From Minisyncoccota bacterium (lineage in GTDB: Bacteria > Patescibacteriota > Minisyncoccia > 2-02-FULL-40-12 > GWA2-44-9), in the NCBI GenBank assembly GCA_035620375.1, contig DASPGX010000006.1:6156-70155 (forward strand): a stretch of DNA of 64,000 bases. Reading direction: 5' to 3'. Of this stretch, positions 28,852 through 37,182 are shown one piece after another (the first letter of the stretch is position 1; each line of letters begins with the position of its first letter). The notes beneath the pieces were generated by a model. The model did not search any database. It worked only from the letters and a program-made list of their open reading frames with translations, and was not told where the DNA came from. A program made the position numbers and the translations under genes.

Positions 28852-29499
28852 GTGAAGCTTTTCGTCCCTACGTTCGTATTCGTTCTGGCGGCCGCCGGCG
28901 CCGGTGCGCAAACCGGAGAGGAGTCCGGTTCCGGGACATGTCCGCCGGGATTCGACTGCACCGGCGTGGTGGTCCGGAGCGCAACGCCCATCCGTGACAG
29001 CATACCCGGGGCGGTTTCCCGTGCGGCCCGGGACCTTCCGACCGTCCGGGTGCGCCGTGAGCACCTGGAGCTGTGCCCGGCCGGGTTCGTCCGGTGCGTG
29101 GAGCGTGAATCGTTCTGGAGCCCGACCAACCTGCTTCTGACGTCGTTCCAGTGGGGCGGGGCGTTCTACGACAGCAAGACGACGATGAACGCCGACGCCC
29201 TCAACGGATCGTACGAGGTGACCCGCGACGGACGGCCGGTGCGGCTGGTCGTTACCGTCAGAGAGGAAGCCGGTCCCGAGCAATGGTTCATCGACCGGGG
29301 TCCGGTGGCCCTGGGCGGGTACAAGGCGCTGTACAACGTGCCCTTTGCGGTCGCTTCCCACAAGCTCCGGCAGAGCAACAGCTCGTTCGGCCGTGTTGTC
29401 GGCTATGCCGTGCCAATCGTACTGGGCGCGCTACAGTGGAAGGCTGGGTTGGACAACAAAAAGGAAATCGACCGCATCAACGGCCTCATCGCCCCCTGA
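28852..29499 (+). CDS. Secreted hypothetical protein (215 aa, signal peptide, 4 Cys)
   Basis: GTG start with AGGAGG RBS. Signal peptide MKLFVPTFVFVLAAAGAGAQ. Confidence 0.6.
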   Translation: MKLFVPTFVFVLAAAGAGAQTGEESGSGTCPPGFDCTGVVVRSATPIRDSIPGAVSRAARDLPTVRVRREHLELCPAGFVRCVERESFWSPTNLLLTSFQWGGAFYDSKTTMNADALNGSYEVTRDGRPVRLVVTVREEAGPEQWFIDRGPVALGGYKALYNVPFAVASHKLRQSNSSFGRVVGYAVPIVLGALQWKAGLDNKKEIDRINGLIAP

Positions 29500-29523
29500 A
29501 GCCCGACGGGTTCCCGCTGTACA

Positions 29524-30279
29524 GTGGGGGCCCGTTTTTGTTACGATTTTCCCGTGTTTGATTACGATACGAACAAGGTCGTTCTTTCGGTGTACGCGGG
29601 AGCCGGGGGAGTGGATGCCCAGGACTGGGCATCCATGCTTCTGCGGATGTACCAGCGTTTCGCCGCCCGGAGAGGGTGGTCGTTTTCCGTTCTTGACCAG
29701 TCGCTGGGCGAACAAAAGGGAATTAAAAGCGCATCGGCGGAACTGGCGGGTGCGGGTGTCTATGATACACTGAAGGGCGAGAGCGGGGTGCACCGGCTGG
29801 TGCGTATCAGTCCGTTCTCGGCAAAACAGCTCCGGCACACGTCTTTCGCGCTCATTCAGGTCATGCCGGAGATCAAGGCCCAGGCATTGCACATCAATCC
29901 CGCGGACCTTGAATATGATACGTTCCGCGCCTCGGGGAAGGGAGGTCAGAACGTCAATAAAGTGGAAACCGCGGTCCGCGTGCGGCACAAGCCGACGGGG
30001 CTGGTGGTCGCCGTGCAGACGGAGCGCTCCCAGGCACAGAACCGTGAGAAGGCCCTGCAGCTGCTCGCATCGCGCCTCGCGGTGATGATGGAAGAGGCCA
30101 AAGTCAGCCAGCTGGACCAGCTCAAGCCCGAACTGAAGTCCGGTTCGGTGGACTGGGGAAGCCAAATCCGTTCGTATGTCCTGCACCCGTACCAGATGGT
30201 CAAGGACCACCGGACGGGCGTGAAGAGTTCCCAGCCGGACAAGGTACTGGACGGCGACCTGTCCAAATTTATTCCGTGA
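29524..30279 (+). CDS. prfB: Peptide chain release factor 2 homologue lacking N-terminal domain 1
   Basis: Contains [14 protein letters not shown] codon-recognition tripeptide, GGQ ([19 protein letters not shown]) and the conserved C-terminus ([21 protein letters not shown]). Only about 250 aa; the ORF begins at the region equivalent to E. coli RF2 residue about 105. Confidence 0.8.
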   Translation: MGARFCYDFPVFDYDTNKVVLSVYAGAGGVDAQDWASMLLRMYQRFAARRGWSFSVLDQSLGEQKGIKSASAELAGAGVYDTLKGESGVHRLVRISPFSAKQLRHTSFALIQVMPEIKAQALHINPADLEYDTFRASGKGGQNVNKVETAVRVRHKPTGLVVAVQTERSQAQNREKALQLLASRLAVMMEEAKVSQLDQLKPELKSGSVDWGSQIRSYVLHPYQMVKDHRTGVKSSQPDKVLDGDLSKFIP

Positions 30280-30959
30280 TAGAGCTCAACAACGTCTCCA
30301 CCGTCTATGATGACGATTTCGTCGCCCTGCACGGGGTGAGTCTTGCCATCAATCCCGGCGAGTTCGTCTCCATCGTCGGTCCGGCGGGAGCGGGCAAGTC
30401 CACGCTTCTGCGTCTGTTGACGCGCGAGTTGCGGCCGACCGAAGGGGTCGTCACCGTTGACGGCGTGGACCTTTCGCATATTCCCGACGACGACGTACCG
30501 TTGCTCCGGCGTAAAATCGGCACGGTATTCCAGGACTTCAAGCTGTTGTCCAACCGCAACGCGTTTGAGAACGTCGGCTATGCCATGGAGGTAGCGGGCG
30601 CCACGGAGGACGAGATTGCCGAAGACGTACCCAAGGCGCTGGACATCGTCGGTCTCGGGGACAAGCGGAACAATTTTCCGCACCAGCTCTCGGGTGGCGA
30701 GAAACAGCGTCTGGCAATCGCGCGTGCCCTTATTCACCGGCCGCGCATCATTCTTGCCGATGAGCCCACGGGAAACCTGGACATGGTCAACAGCCACGAC
30801 GTGATACAATTGCTCCTGAAGATTAACGCGCTGGGCACCACCGTCCTGCTCGTCACGCATAACCGCGACATCGTGAATACCGTGAACCGGCGCGTGGTGA
30901 CCATGGAGACCGGGCGCATCGTCCGGGACCAGACGCAGCACGGTAAATACATCATTTAG
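30276..30959 (+). CDS. ftsE: Cell-division ABC ATPase FtsE
   Basis: Walker [15 protein letters not shown], signature [15 protein letters not shown], Walker [12 protein letters not shown]. Directly upstream of ftsX. Confidence 0.88.
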   Translation: MIELNNVSTVYDDDFVALHGVSLAINPGEFVSIVGPAGAGKSTLLRLLTRELRPTEGVVTVDGVDLSHIPDDDVPLLRRKIGTVFQDFKLLSNRNAFENVGYAMEVAGATEDEIAEDVPKALDIVGLGDKRNNFPHQLSGGEKQRLAIARALIHRPRIILADEPTGNLDMVNSHDVIQLLLKINALGTTVLLVTHNRDIVNTVNRRVVTMETGRIVRDQTQHGKYII

Positions 30960-30968
30960 TCCGCATTT

Positions 30969-31880
30969 ATGCTGAAAGAAAAGCTCCGAAGGGTATTCGC
31001 GGCCGGGTGGAAGAATTTCCGCCGGAACCGGTACGTCAGCATCGGCACGACCGGGGTGATGTCGCTCGTTCTGCTGCTGTTCCTGTGCCTGGTCGGAGTC
31101 AACTTCCTGGGCTCGGTGCTGGTACAGAACCTGGAGGGGAAGGTTGACGTGCGGCTGTATCTGAAGAACGAGGCGACGGACGACGAAGTGAAGACCATCC
31201 GCACGGAACTGGAAGCGCTCAATTCGGTGAAGTACGTGGACTTCGTGTCCCGCGAACAGGCATTGGCCGAGTTCAAGGAACGGCACGCCAACGACGCGCT
31301 CATTCAGCAATCGCTGTCCGAGCTTCCCGACAACCCGTTGCAGGCGTGGTTGAACATCAAAGCGACTGACGCGACGCAGTACGCGTCCATCGTCGGATTC
31401 CTTGAGGCCAGCCGCATGCGCAGCGTCATTGATAAAATCAACTATTACGACAACGAGGCGGTCATCGGCCGCATCCAGGGAATCTCGCACGCAGTGCAGA
31501 ACTGGGGAATGATCGGTACCTTGCTGCTCGCCTTCATCTCGGTGCTGGTCGCGTTCAACACGGTCAGGCTCACCATATACAACCAGAAGCAGGAGATTGA
31601 GATTCAGCGGCTCGTGGGTGCGTCCAACTGGTATATCCGGGCGCCGTATATGATAGAAGGGGTACTGTACGGCGGATTCGCAACTGCCATCGCGCTGGTG
31701 CTCTTCTTCGGGGGACTGCAGTTCGCATCTCCGAAGGTCGCCGTGCTGATGCCCGGCGTGTCGCTCATGGGATACTTCGCCGGCAACGTCGTTCAGATTA
31801 TCGGCATGACCCTGTTTGCCGGCATCGCCCTGGGAGTCGTTTCATCGCTTGTTGCCATCCGGCGCTTCCTCAACGTATAG
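30969..31880 (+). CDS. ftsX: Cell-division permease-like protein FtsX
   Basis: N-terminal TM, large extracytoplasmic loop, three C-terminal TMs of the FtsX fold. Adjacent to ftsE. Confidence 0.85.
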   Translation: MLKEKLRRVFAAGWKNFRRNRYVSIGTTGVMSLVLLLFLCLVGVNFLGSVLVQNLEGKVDVRLYLKNEATDDEVKTIRTELEALNSVKYVDFVSREQALAEFKERHANDALIQQSLSELPDNPLQAWLNIKATDATQYASIVGFLEASRMRSVIDKINYYDNEAVIGRIQGISHAVQNWGMIGTLLLAFISVLVAFNTVRLTIYNQKQEIEIQRLVGASNWYIRAPYMIEGVLYGGFATAIALVLFFGGLQFASPKVAVLMPGVSLMGYFAGNVVQIIGMTLFAGIALGVVSSLVAIRRFLNV

Positions 31881-31939
31881 AATCTTCGCGACAGTTGCGC
31901 ATACAAAATTTGAACGGGCCCCGAGGGGCCCGTTGGCGT

Positions 31940-32935
31940 TCATTTCTCCTTTGCGACCAGATACCAGTCGGAGCGGACCATAATGTTCACCATCTGACGG
32001 AATCCGTACGCCGGCCGCCAATCCAGCACGCGGTATGCCTTTGCCGGATTGCCGACCAGGAGGTCCACCTCTGCGGGGCGTAGGTCCGCGGGATTGTTCC
32101 AGACGATGTGTTTCCCGGGGTTCAGGCCGGCAGACTCGAACGCAGCCTCGGCGAACTCCCGTACCGTGCGTGTCTCGCCCGTGGCGACGACGAAATCGTC
32201 CGGCCGTTCCTGCTGAAGCATCAGCCACATTGCCCGGACGTAATCCGGGGCGTATCCCCAGTCGCGGCGCGCATCGGGGTTGCCCAGCTCCAGCCGGTCG
32301 GCCTTGCCGTGCGCGATGCGCGCGGCACCGTGCGTGATTTTCCGTGTGACGAATTCCATGCCGCGCCGCTGGGATTCATGGTTGAACAGAATGCCCGTGG
32401 ACACGAAGAGGGGCGGGTCGTTCCGTTCTCGGTAGTACCGGGCGAGATGGAACCCGGCGACCTTGCTGATGCCGTACGGAGAACGGGGATGCAGGGGAGT
32501 TTCCTCGTCCTGCGGGACGCGCTCCGCCTTGCCGAACATCTCGCTTGAGCCGGCGAAGTATACCCGCGCCTCCGGCGCGTACCGCCGGCATGCGTCCAGG
32601 ACGAAGTGCACGCCGTTGATGTTCGTGTTCATCGTGGAGAACTCGTCCTCGAACGATGCCGCGACAAACGACTGCGCCGCAAGGTGGTACACCTCGTCCG
32701 GCCGGATGTCCTGCACGACACGGCAGATGCTCGGGTAGCTCTCCAGCGAGCCCTGGTGCAGGGTGACGGAGCCTCCTTGGACGTGGTCCGCGATGCGTGA
32801 CAGCCGCTGCCGCTGGTCCTCGGCGGCGACGCGCCGGACCATGCCGTGCACGTCGTACTGCAGGCTAACCAGGAGTTCGGCCAGATACGAACCGTCCTGG
32901 CCGGTGATTCCCGTGATGAGTGCTTTCTTTCTCAC
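31940..32935 (-). CDS. gmd: GDP-mannose 4,6-dehydratase
   Basis: MRKKALITGITGQDGSYLAELL N-terminus, catalytic Tyr region SPYGISKVAGFHLARYY, about 330 aa. Confidence 0.9.
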   Translation of the reverse strand: MRKKALITGITGQDGSYLAELLVSLQYDVHGMVRRVAAEDQRQRLSRIADHVQGGSVTLHQGSLESYPSICRVVQDIRPDEVYHLAAQSFVAASFEDEFSTMNTNINGVHFVLDACRRYAPEARVYFAGSSEMFGKAERVPQDEETPLHPRSPYGISKVAGFHLARYYRERNDPPLFVSTGILFNHESQRRGMEFVTRKITHGAARIAHGKADRLELGNPDARRDWGYAPDYVRAMWLMLQQERPDDFVVATGETRTVREFAEAAFESAGLNPGKHIVWNNPADLRPAEVDLLVGNPAKAYRVLDWRPAYGFRQMVNIMVRSDWYLVAKEK

Positions 32936-32985
32936 GCTGCCTCTCCTTGGAAAGGAATGGTGGATAATACCACATTTTCATAGAA

Positions 32986-33014
32986 TTGCAAAATGTGAGT
33001 CCGCCATGTATACT
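32986..33014 (+). promoter_or_regulatory. Candidate promoter TTGCAA-17-TATACT upstream of tRNA-Gln
   Basis: Hexamers with 17-nt spacing, in the AT-rich divergent region between gmd and tRNA-Gln. Confidence 0.35.
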
Positions 33015-33090
33015 TTTCAGGTCATTCCAGTAAGTTGTAGCCCCTCGGCTACGCTCGGGGCAATTTCACCCGGGCGATGCCGGGTCAAAT

Positions 33091-33161
33091 TGCGGGGTCG
33101 TCTAATGGTAGGACACGTGCCTCTGGAGCACGGTATCTTGGTTCGAGTCCAAGCCCCGCAG
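33091..33161 (+). tRNA. tRNA-Gln (anticodon CTG)
   Basis: UGCGGGGUCGUCUAAUGGUAGGAC...anticodon stem CGUGC/GCACG with loop CUCUGGA...GGUUCGAGUCCAAGCCCCGCA-G. Followed by hairpin terminator AACGGCTCAC-cgc-GTGAGCCGTT (33178-33200). Confidence 0.88.
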
Positions 33162-33334
33162 CAATTATAATTAACGGCTCACCGCGTGAGCCGTTAAAGA
33201 GCCGCCATCCGGCGCCTTGCGCCGGCCCACATCCAAACCCGAAATCCTACGGCCCGTTGGCCTCAGGATGATCTGCAACGGGGACGCAAATCAAAAGGAG
33301 CGGGGGTGAGCCCGCTCCCGTGAAACGGAAGACG

Positions 33335-34171
33335 TCAGTCGGTGTCGCTCAGATGCTCCATGAACGTGGACTGGACGGCGCCGAAGCGCTCGAATCCCTC
33401 CATGATCCAGGACGCGGCGAGCCCGCGGGAGTCCTTGCCGGCGTAGAACCGCAGTGCCGTGTTGGCGGCGTCGGCGGCGTACTCGAAGTGGTCCGCCTCC
33501 ACGCTGGTGTGGATGAACACCCAGTAGTAGGCGTTGTGCTTGTTCCCGGACAGCCGGACGGTCGTCTTTTCCAGGTGAGCGGCCAGCGCCTGCCACTGCT
33601 CCTTCAGGTAGGCGTCCAGGATGTTGAACTCGGCGTCCGCCAGGATTTCCGAACCCATGTGGAAACCCAGACCCCGGAACAGGCGCTGGTCGTTCAACGT
33701 CTCGCTGATTCCGTAGCCGGCCTTGACCCGCTCGATCGCCAGCGTCGTGGCGTGGGCCCCGCGGGAGATGAGCTCCACCACGGTTCCGGGCGCGATGCCC
33801 AGGTACTCCGCGGTCGCCTTCAGGGTCGCCTGGGCCAGCATCCGGTGCGTGTCCAGATGCGGCATCCTGCGGTCGTCGAACTCGTCGATGGCGGCGGCGA
33901 AGACGCGGGCGGCCACCTCCGTGCTCTTGTCCGCGATGTTCGCGATGGGCTCCTCCGGGTCGCGGAACAGGTCGCGGCGGATGGCCAGCTCGCCGGCCAG
34001 ATTCGCCACGCCTCCGCCGAAGATACCGTTGAACTGGATGTAGCGGCCCAAAACCCTGATGAGGTCCTCCGGTCCGGCGATTGTCTCCAGCTGGTTCCGG
34101 AAGGTCCGGTTGCCCACGTGCTTGTCCACGAGGGGCTGCACCATCTCGCGGGTGATTGCGGTCGTCCCCAT
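33335..34171 (-). CDS. Hypothetical all-helical protein (278 aa), possibly heme-oxygenase-like/iron-containing redox enzyme fold
   Basis: AGGAGGA RBS before the ATG on the minus strand. A minus-strand terminator lies at 33296-33325. Fold guess is from E/H spacing only. Confidence 0.5.
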   Translation of the reverse strand: MGTTAITREMVQPLVDKHVGNRTFRNQLETIAGPEDLIRVLGRYIQFNGIFGGGVANLAGELAIRRDLFRDPEEPIANIADKSTEVAARVFAAAIDEFDDRRMPHLDTHRMLAQATLKATAEYLGIAPGTVVELISRGAHATTLAIERVKAGYGISETLNDQRLFRGLGFHMGSEILADAEFNILDAYLKEQWQALAAHLEKTTVRLSGNKHNAYYWVFIHTSVEADHFEYAADAANTALRFYAGKDSRGLAASWIMEGFERFGAVQSTFMEHLSDTD

Positions 34172-34326
34172 GAATCCTCCTGAGCTTTCAGTGTTCTTGC
34201 GACGGGCATATCATACACCATAAACTTGTATCCGGCAAGGATGTCTTGACGCAACCGTATATATAATGTATTTTCCTTCCGCGTCAGGTCCGCTTTCCGG
34301 CACCTGAACAACCCAGAGGAGGGTCA

Positions 34327-34926
34327 ATGAAGTTCGTCACCGGCCTGCTTGCCGCGTCGTTCCTGCTCGCCGCGGGCGCCGCGTCCGCGCAGGTACTCAC
34401 CCCCGCGGAGACGCTGGGCAAGGGAAACGACACGTTTTTCCTGTCGGAGAACCATCTCTTCGTGGACGGCGACCGCCTGAACATCGCCTACGCCGGCTAC
34501 ATGCGCGGCGTGACGGAGCGCGCGGACGTCTACGGGTACGCCGGCGTCACGCACATCTTCGGCGAGGACCAGGTCTGGCTGGGCATCGGCGGCAACGTGC
34601 GCCTGTTCCGGTACAAGGGCTTCACCGTCTCGTCGTTCAACGTCCTGTCCACCGGTCTGCACCGGCGGAGCGAGTCCTCCACGGTGCTGTGGAACACGGC
34701 CGCCGTGGTCAGCCGCAACCTGTCGCAGTCGGTGTCCGTCTGGAGCGGCGTGAATGCACTCCTGCCGCTGGGCAACCGCGAGCAGGGCCTGTTCACCCCG
34801 CCCGACTACGAGTGGAACGTCCCCGTCGGGGCGTCCTGGCTCATCAACGACCGGTTCGGCGTGTACGGCGAGGTGGACTTCGGCCACGTCACCGCCGTCG
34901 GCGTCGGGCTCTCCATCGCCAACTGA
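34327..34926 (+). CDS. Secreted beta-rich hypothetical protein (199 aa)
   Basis: Signal peptide MKFVTGLLAASFLLAAGAASAQ. AGGAGGG RBS. AT-rich promoter-like stretch at 34246-34267. Confidence 0.55.
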   Translation: MKFVTGLLAASFLLAAGAASAQVLTPAETLGKGNDTFFLSENHLFVDGDRLNIAYAGYMRGVTERADVYGYAGVTHIFGEDQVWLGIGGNVRLFRYKGFTVSSFNVLSTGLHRRSESSTVLWNTAAVVSRNLSQSVSVWSGVNALLPLGNREQGLFTPPDYEWNVPVGASWLINDRFGVYGEVDFGHVTAVGVGLSIAN

Positions 34927-34992
34927 ACCCCGCCCGCCCGATCGCTTCCGCGAGAGGGCGGGTTCCTGTTTTCCGGAGTTGTCCGCGGACTA

Positions 34993-35020
34993 TTGACTTT
35001 TATATATAATATTGTAGTAT
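34993..35020 (+). promoter_or_regulatory. Candidate promoter TTGACT-16-TAGTAT for the 35.1-38.7 kb module
   Basis: Sharply AT-rich (ttgacttttatatataatattgtagtat) in a GC-rich context, about 70 nt upstream of the first gene of the cluster. Confidence 0.45.
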
Positions 35021-35090
35021 CTTGCCGCAACATGGACGTTCACAACTGAGTAAAGGACCCTACGAAAACCGCAGAAAGAGAGGTGGCAAT

Positions 35091-35345
35091 GTGACATCAG
35101 GCGGCAAGGCACCTCTCCGGGCCATCGTGCAGGGCACCTATGGGCCGTCCGGCGGCAGGTATGCCGTCGGGACCGCGACGACCGTTACCGGCTCCATCAC
35201 GTTCTCCCTGAAACGGGACGTGTGGGGCGAGGGGCGGGAGCCGCGGGCAGGCGAAGAGGTGTTTCTGGACGACATCACCCGGAACAGAGAAGGGTGGCGG
35301 GCCAACAGGGCGCGGCTCATCCGGCTCGGCGACGGGCAGGGATAG
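35091..35345 (+). CDS. Small hypothetical protein (84 aa)
   Basis: GTG start with GAGAGGTGG RBS. Gly/Thr-rich N-terminus. Confidence 0.4.
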   Translation: MTSGGKAPLRAIVQGTYGPSGGRYAVGTATTVTGSITFSLKRDVWGEGREPRAGEEVFLDDITRNREGWRANRARLIRLGDGQG

Positions 35346-35387
35346 CCGTTCAAGCAACGAGCAACGAGAAGTGAGAAAGGAGAACCG

Positions 35388-36047
35388 ATGAGTTTTCTGG
35401 CAAGACTGAAGGAGACGCTGAATCCGTTCGAAGAGGTGCCCGACAAGGGCGCCGCCGCCGAGACGGAGGACGCTCCGGAGACGCCGGTCCGCACGGGCCG
35501 GGGCCGTGGCGCTCCGTCCGTCATCTTCCCGAAGGTCGCCCCGACGGCGGCCGGCGTGGACGACGGCACGGTGGACGACTTCCTCAAGCAGCTCCGTGCC
35601 GAGACGGCGAGCAGGCGCTCGGCAGGACACACCGCGTTCTACGAAAAGCTGGACGCGCTGGTGGAGTTCGTTCCCGATCCGGGCAGCCGGTACAAGGCCG
35701 CCCTCAAGACGGCCAAGGGCGTGACCGCCAAGGACCTCCTGGCTTCCATCACCGCCGTGGAAACGGCGCTCGGTGAGGAGTCCAAGGAGTTCGAGGCGGA
35801 AATCGGCTCGGCCGAGGAGCGGGAAGTCATCGGCGCGCGCGCCGAGGCGGAGGCAATCGACGGTCAGATCGAGACGCTCAACCAGCAGCTCGGCGAGCTG
35901 CGGGCCAAGCGTACGTCGCTGGCCGGCGGCATCTCCAACGCGGAGCGCAAGTACGCGGGTCTCCGCGCGGCGTTCAGCAAGGCGCTCGGCACGTTCAAGA
36001 GAGAGCTGGACGCCGAGCGGACCAACATCACGACCCACCTGGGCTGA
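35388..36047 (+). CDS. Soluble coiled-coil hypothetical protein (219 aa)
   Basis: AAAGGAGAA RBS. Acidic disordered N-terminus then a long helical/coiled-coil region. Confidence 0.55.
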   Translation: MSFLARLKETLNPFEEVPDKGAAAETEDAPETPVRTGRGRGAPSVIFPKVAPTAAGVDDGTVDDFLKQLRAETASRRSAGHTAFYEKLDALVEFVPDPGSRYKAALKTAKGVTAKDLLASITAVETALGEESKEFEAEIGSAEEREVIGARAEAEAIDGQIETLNQQLGELRAKRTSLAGGISNAERKYAGLRAAFSKALGTFKRELDAERTNITTHLG

Positions 36048-36077
36048 CATCCGGGCACGGAAGAAAGGAGAACAGAC

Positions 36078-37136
36078 ATGCACGGTATGGAAATTCCGGG
36101 CTCGGGGCAGGGGAAGTCGTTCTGGGAGCGGCCGGAGGGCACTGCCGGAATGATTTTCGGCCTCCTGGCCATCGCGGCCGGCGTGGTCGGTCTGGGCTTG
36201 GCCCTGCCGTTCCTCATCGGCCTGGTGCAGAACCTCATCACGCTCGTCGGGCTCGGCCTGACGCTCATTCCGATGGCGGTCCTGCTTTTCGCGATGCTCT
36301 GGGTCGTCATGGACAAGCGCTTCTGGACGCTCGGCTGGTACCTCTACAAGTCGGCGATGCGGAAGATCACTTCGATGTTCGTGGAGATCGACCCCATCGG
36401 CATCATGAAGAGCTACGTGGAGAGCCTGCAGGACAAGCGGAACGAGATGGCCAGGAACATCAAGGACCTGTCCGGACAGTTCCGCGTCCTCGGCGAGAAG
36501 ATCCAGGCCAATCAGCGCGAGGGCGAAGCCGCCCTCAAGATGGCCGCAGTCGCCCGCCGGGAGAACGAGAAGACGACGGTCGCCCTGGAGTCCCGCAAGG
36601 CCGGAAGGCTCAAGCGGGCCAACATCGACCTCATCGACTTGCACAAGAAGATCGAGCTGACGCTGCGGGTGCTCAAGAAGTACCACGACGTCGCCGGCGT
36701 CATCATCGCCGACATCGAGCACGAGGTGAAGGTGCAGGAGGACAAGCGGAGCAGCATCCGCAAGGCCTACGGCGCCTTCAAGCAGGCGATGGCCATCTTC
36801 AACGGCGACCCCGACAAGATGGAGATGTTCAACATGGCGATGGAGAGCGTCGCCAACGACTACGGACAGAAGCTCGGCGAAATCGAGTACTTCATCGACT
36901 CGTCCGAGTCCATTATCAAGGGCATCGACCTGCAGAACATGCAGTTCGAGGAAGAGGCCCTGGCGATGCTGGACGAGTGGGAGTCCAAGGCCGACGACCT
37001 GCTCATGGACCCCGTCGAAAAGCGGAACATCATGTCCCAGTCATACAGCGACACCGAAGTTCTCGACGTCGATGCGCTCGGGAGCCAGGTGACGGAGCAG
37101 CCGGTCAGGCGCAGCAAGTACCTGTCCGGCAACTGA
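36078..37136 (+). CDS. Membrane protein with two N-terminal TM helices and about 280-aa coiled-coil domain (352 aa)
   Basis: Hydrophobic helices GMIFGLLAIAAGVVGLGLALPFLIGLV and LTLIPMAVLLFAMLWVV. The remainder is heptad-rich. Faint TelA-like flavour only. Confidence 0.55.
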   Translation: MHGMEIPGSGQGKSFWERPEGTAGMIFGLLAIAAGVVGLGLALPFLIGLVQNLITLVGLGLTLIPMAVLLFAMLWVVMDKRFWTLGWYLYKSAMRKITSMFVEIDPIGIMKSYVESLQDKRNEMARNIKDLSGQFRVLGEKIQANQREGEAALKMAAVARRENEKTTVALESRKAGRLKRANIDLIDLHKKIELTLRVLKKYHDVAGVIIADIEHEVKVQEDKRSSIRKAYGAFKQAMAIFNGDPDKMEMFNMAMESVANDYGQKLGEIEYFIDSSESIIKGIDLQNMQFEEEALAMLDEWESKADDLLMDPVEKRNIMSQSYSDTEVLDVDALGSQVTEQPVRRSKYLSGN

Positions 37137-37182
37137 TTCGCGCATCACTCATCGGACAACGAACAGAAAGGAGCATTGAGCA

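Noticed and set aside
29440-29560. Programmed +1 frameshift site for prfB
   Set aside because: No CUU UGA C or SD-like element. The upstream sequence belongs to a separate secreted-protein gene, so the truncation is not explained by a frameshift.
35097-36722. 541-aa minus-strand ORF
   Set aside because: Antisense to two well-supported + genes that have RBSs. Asp/Val/Leu/Gly-rich spurious composition.
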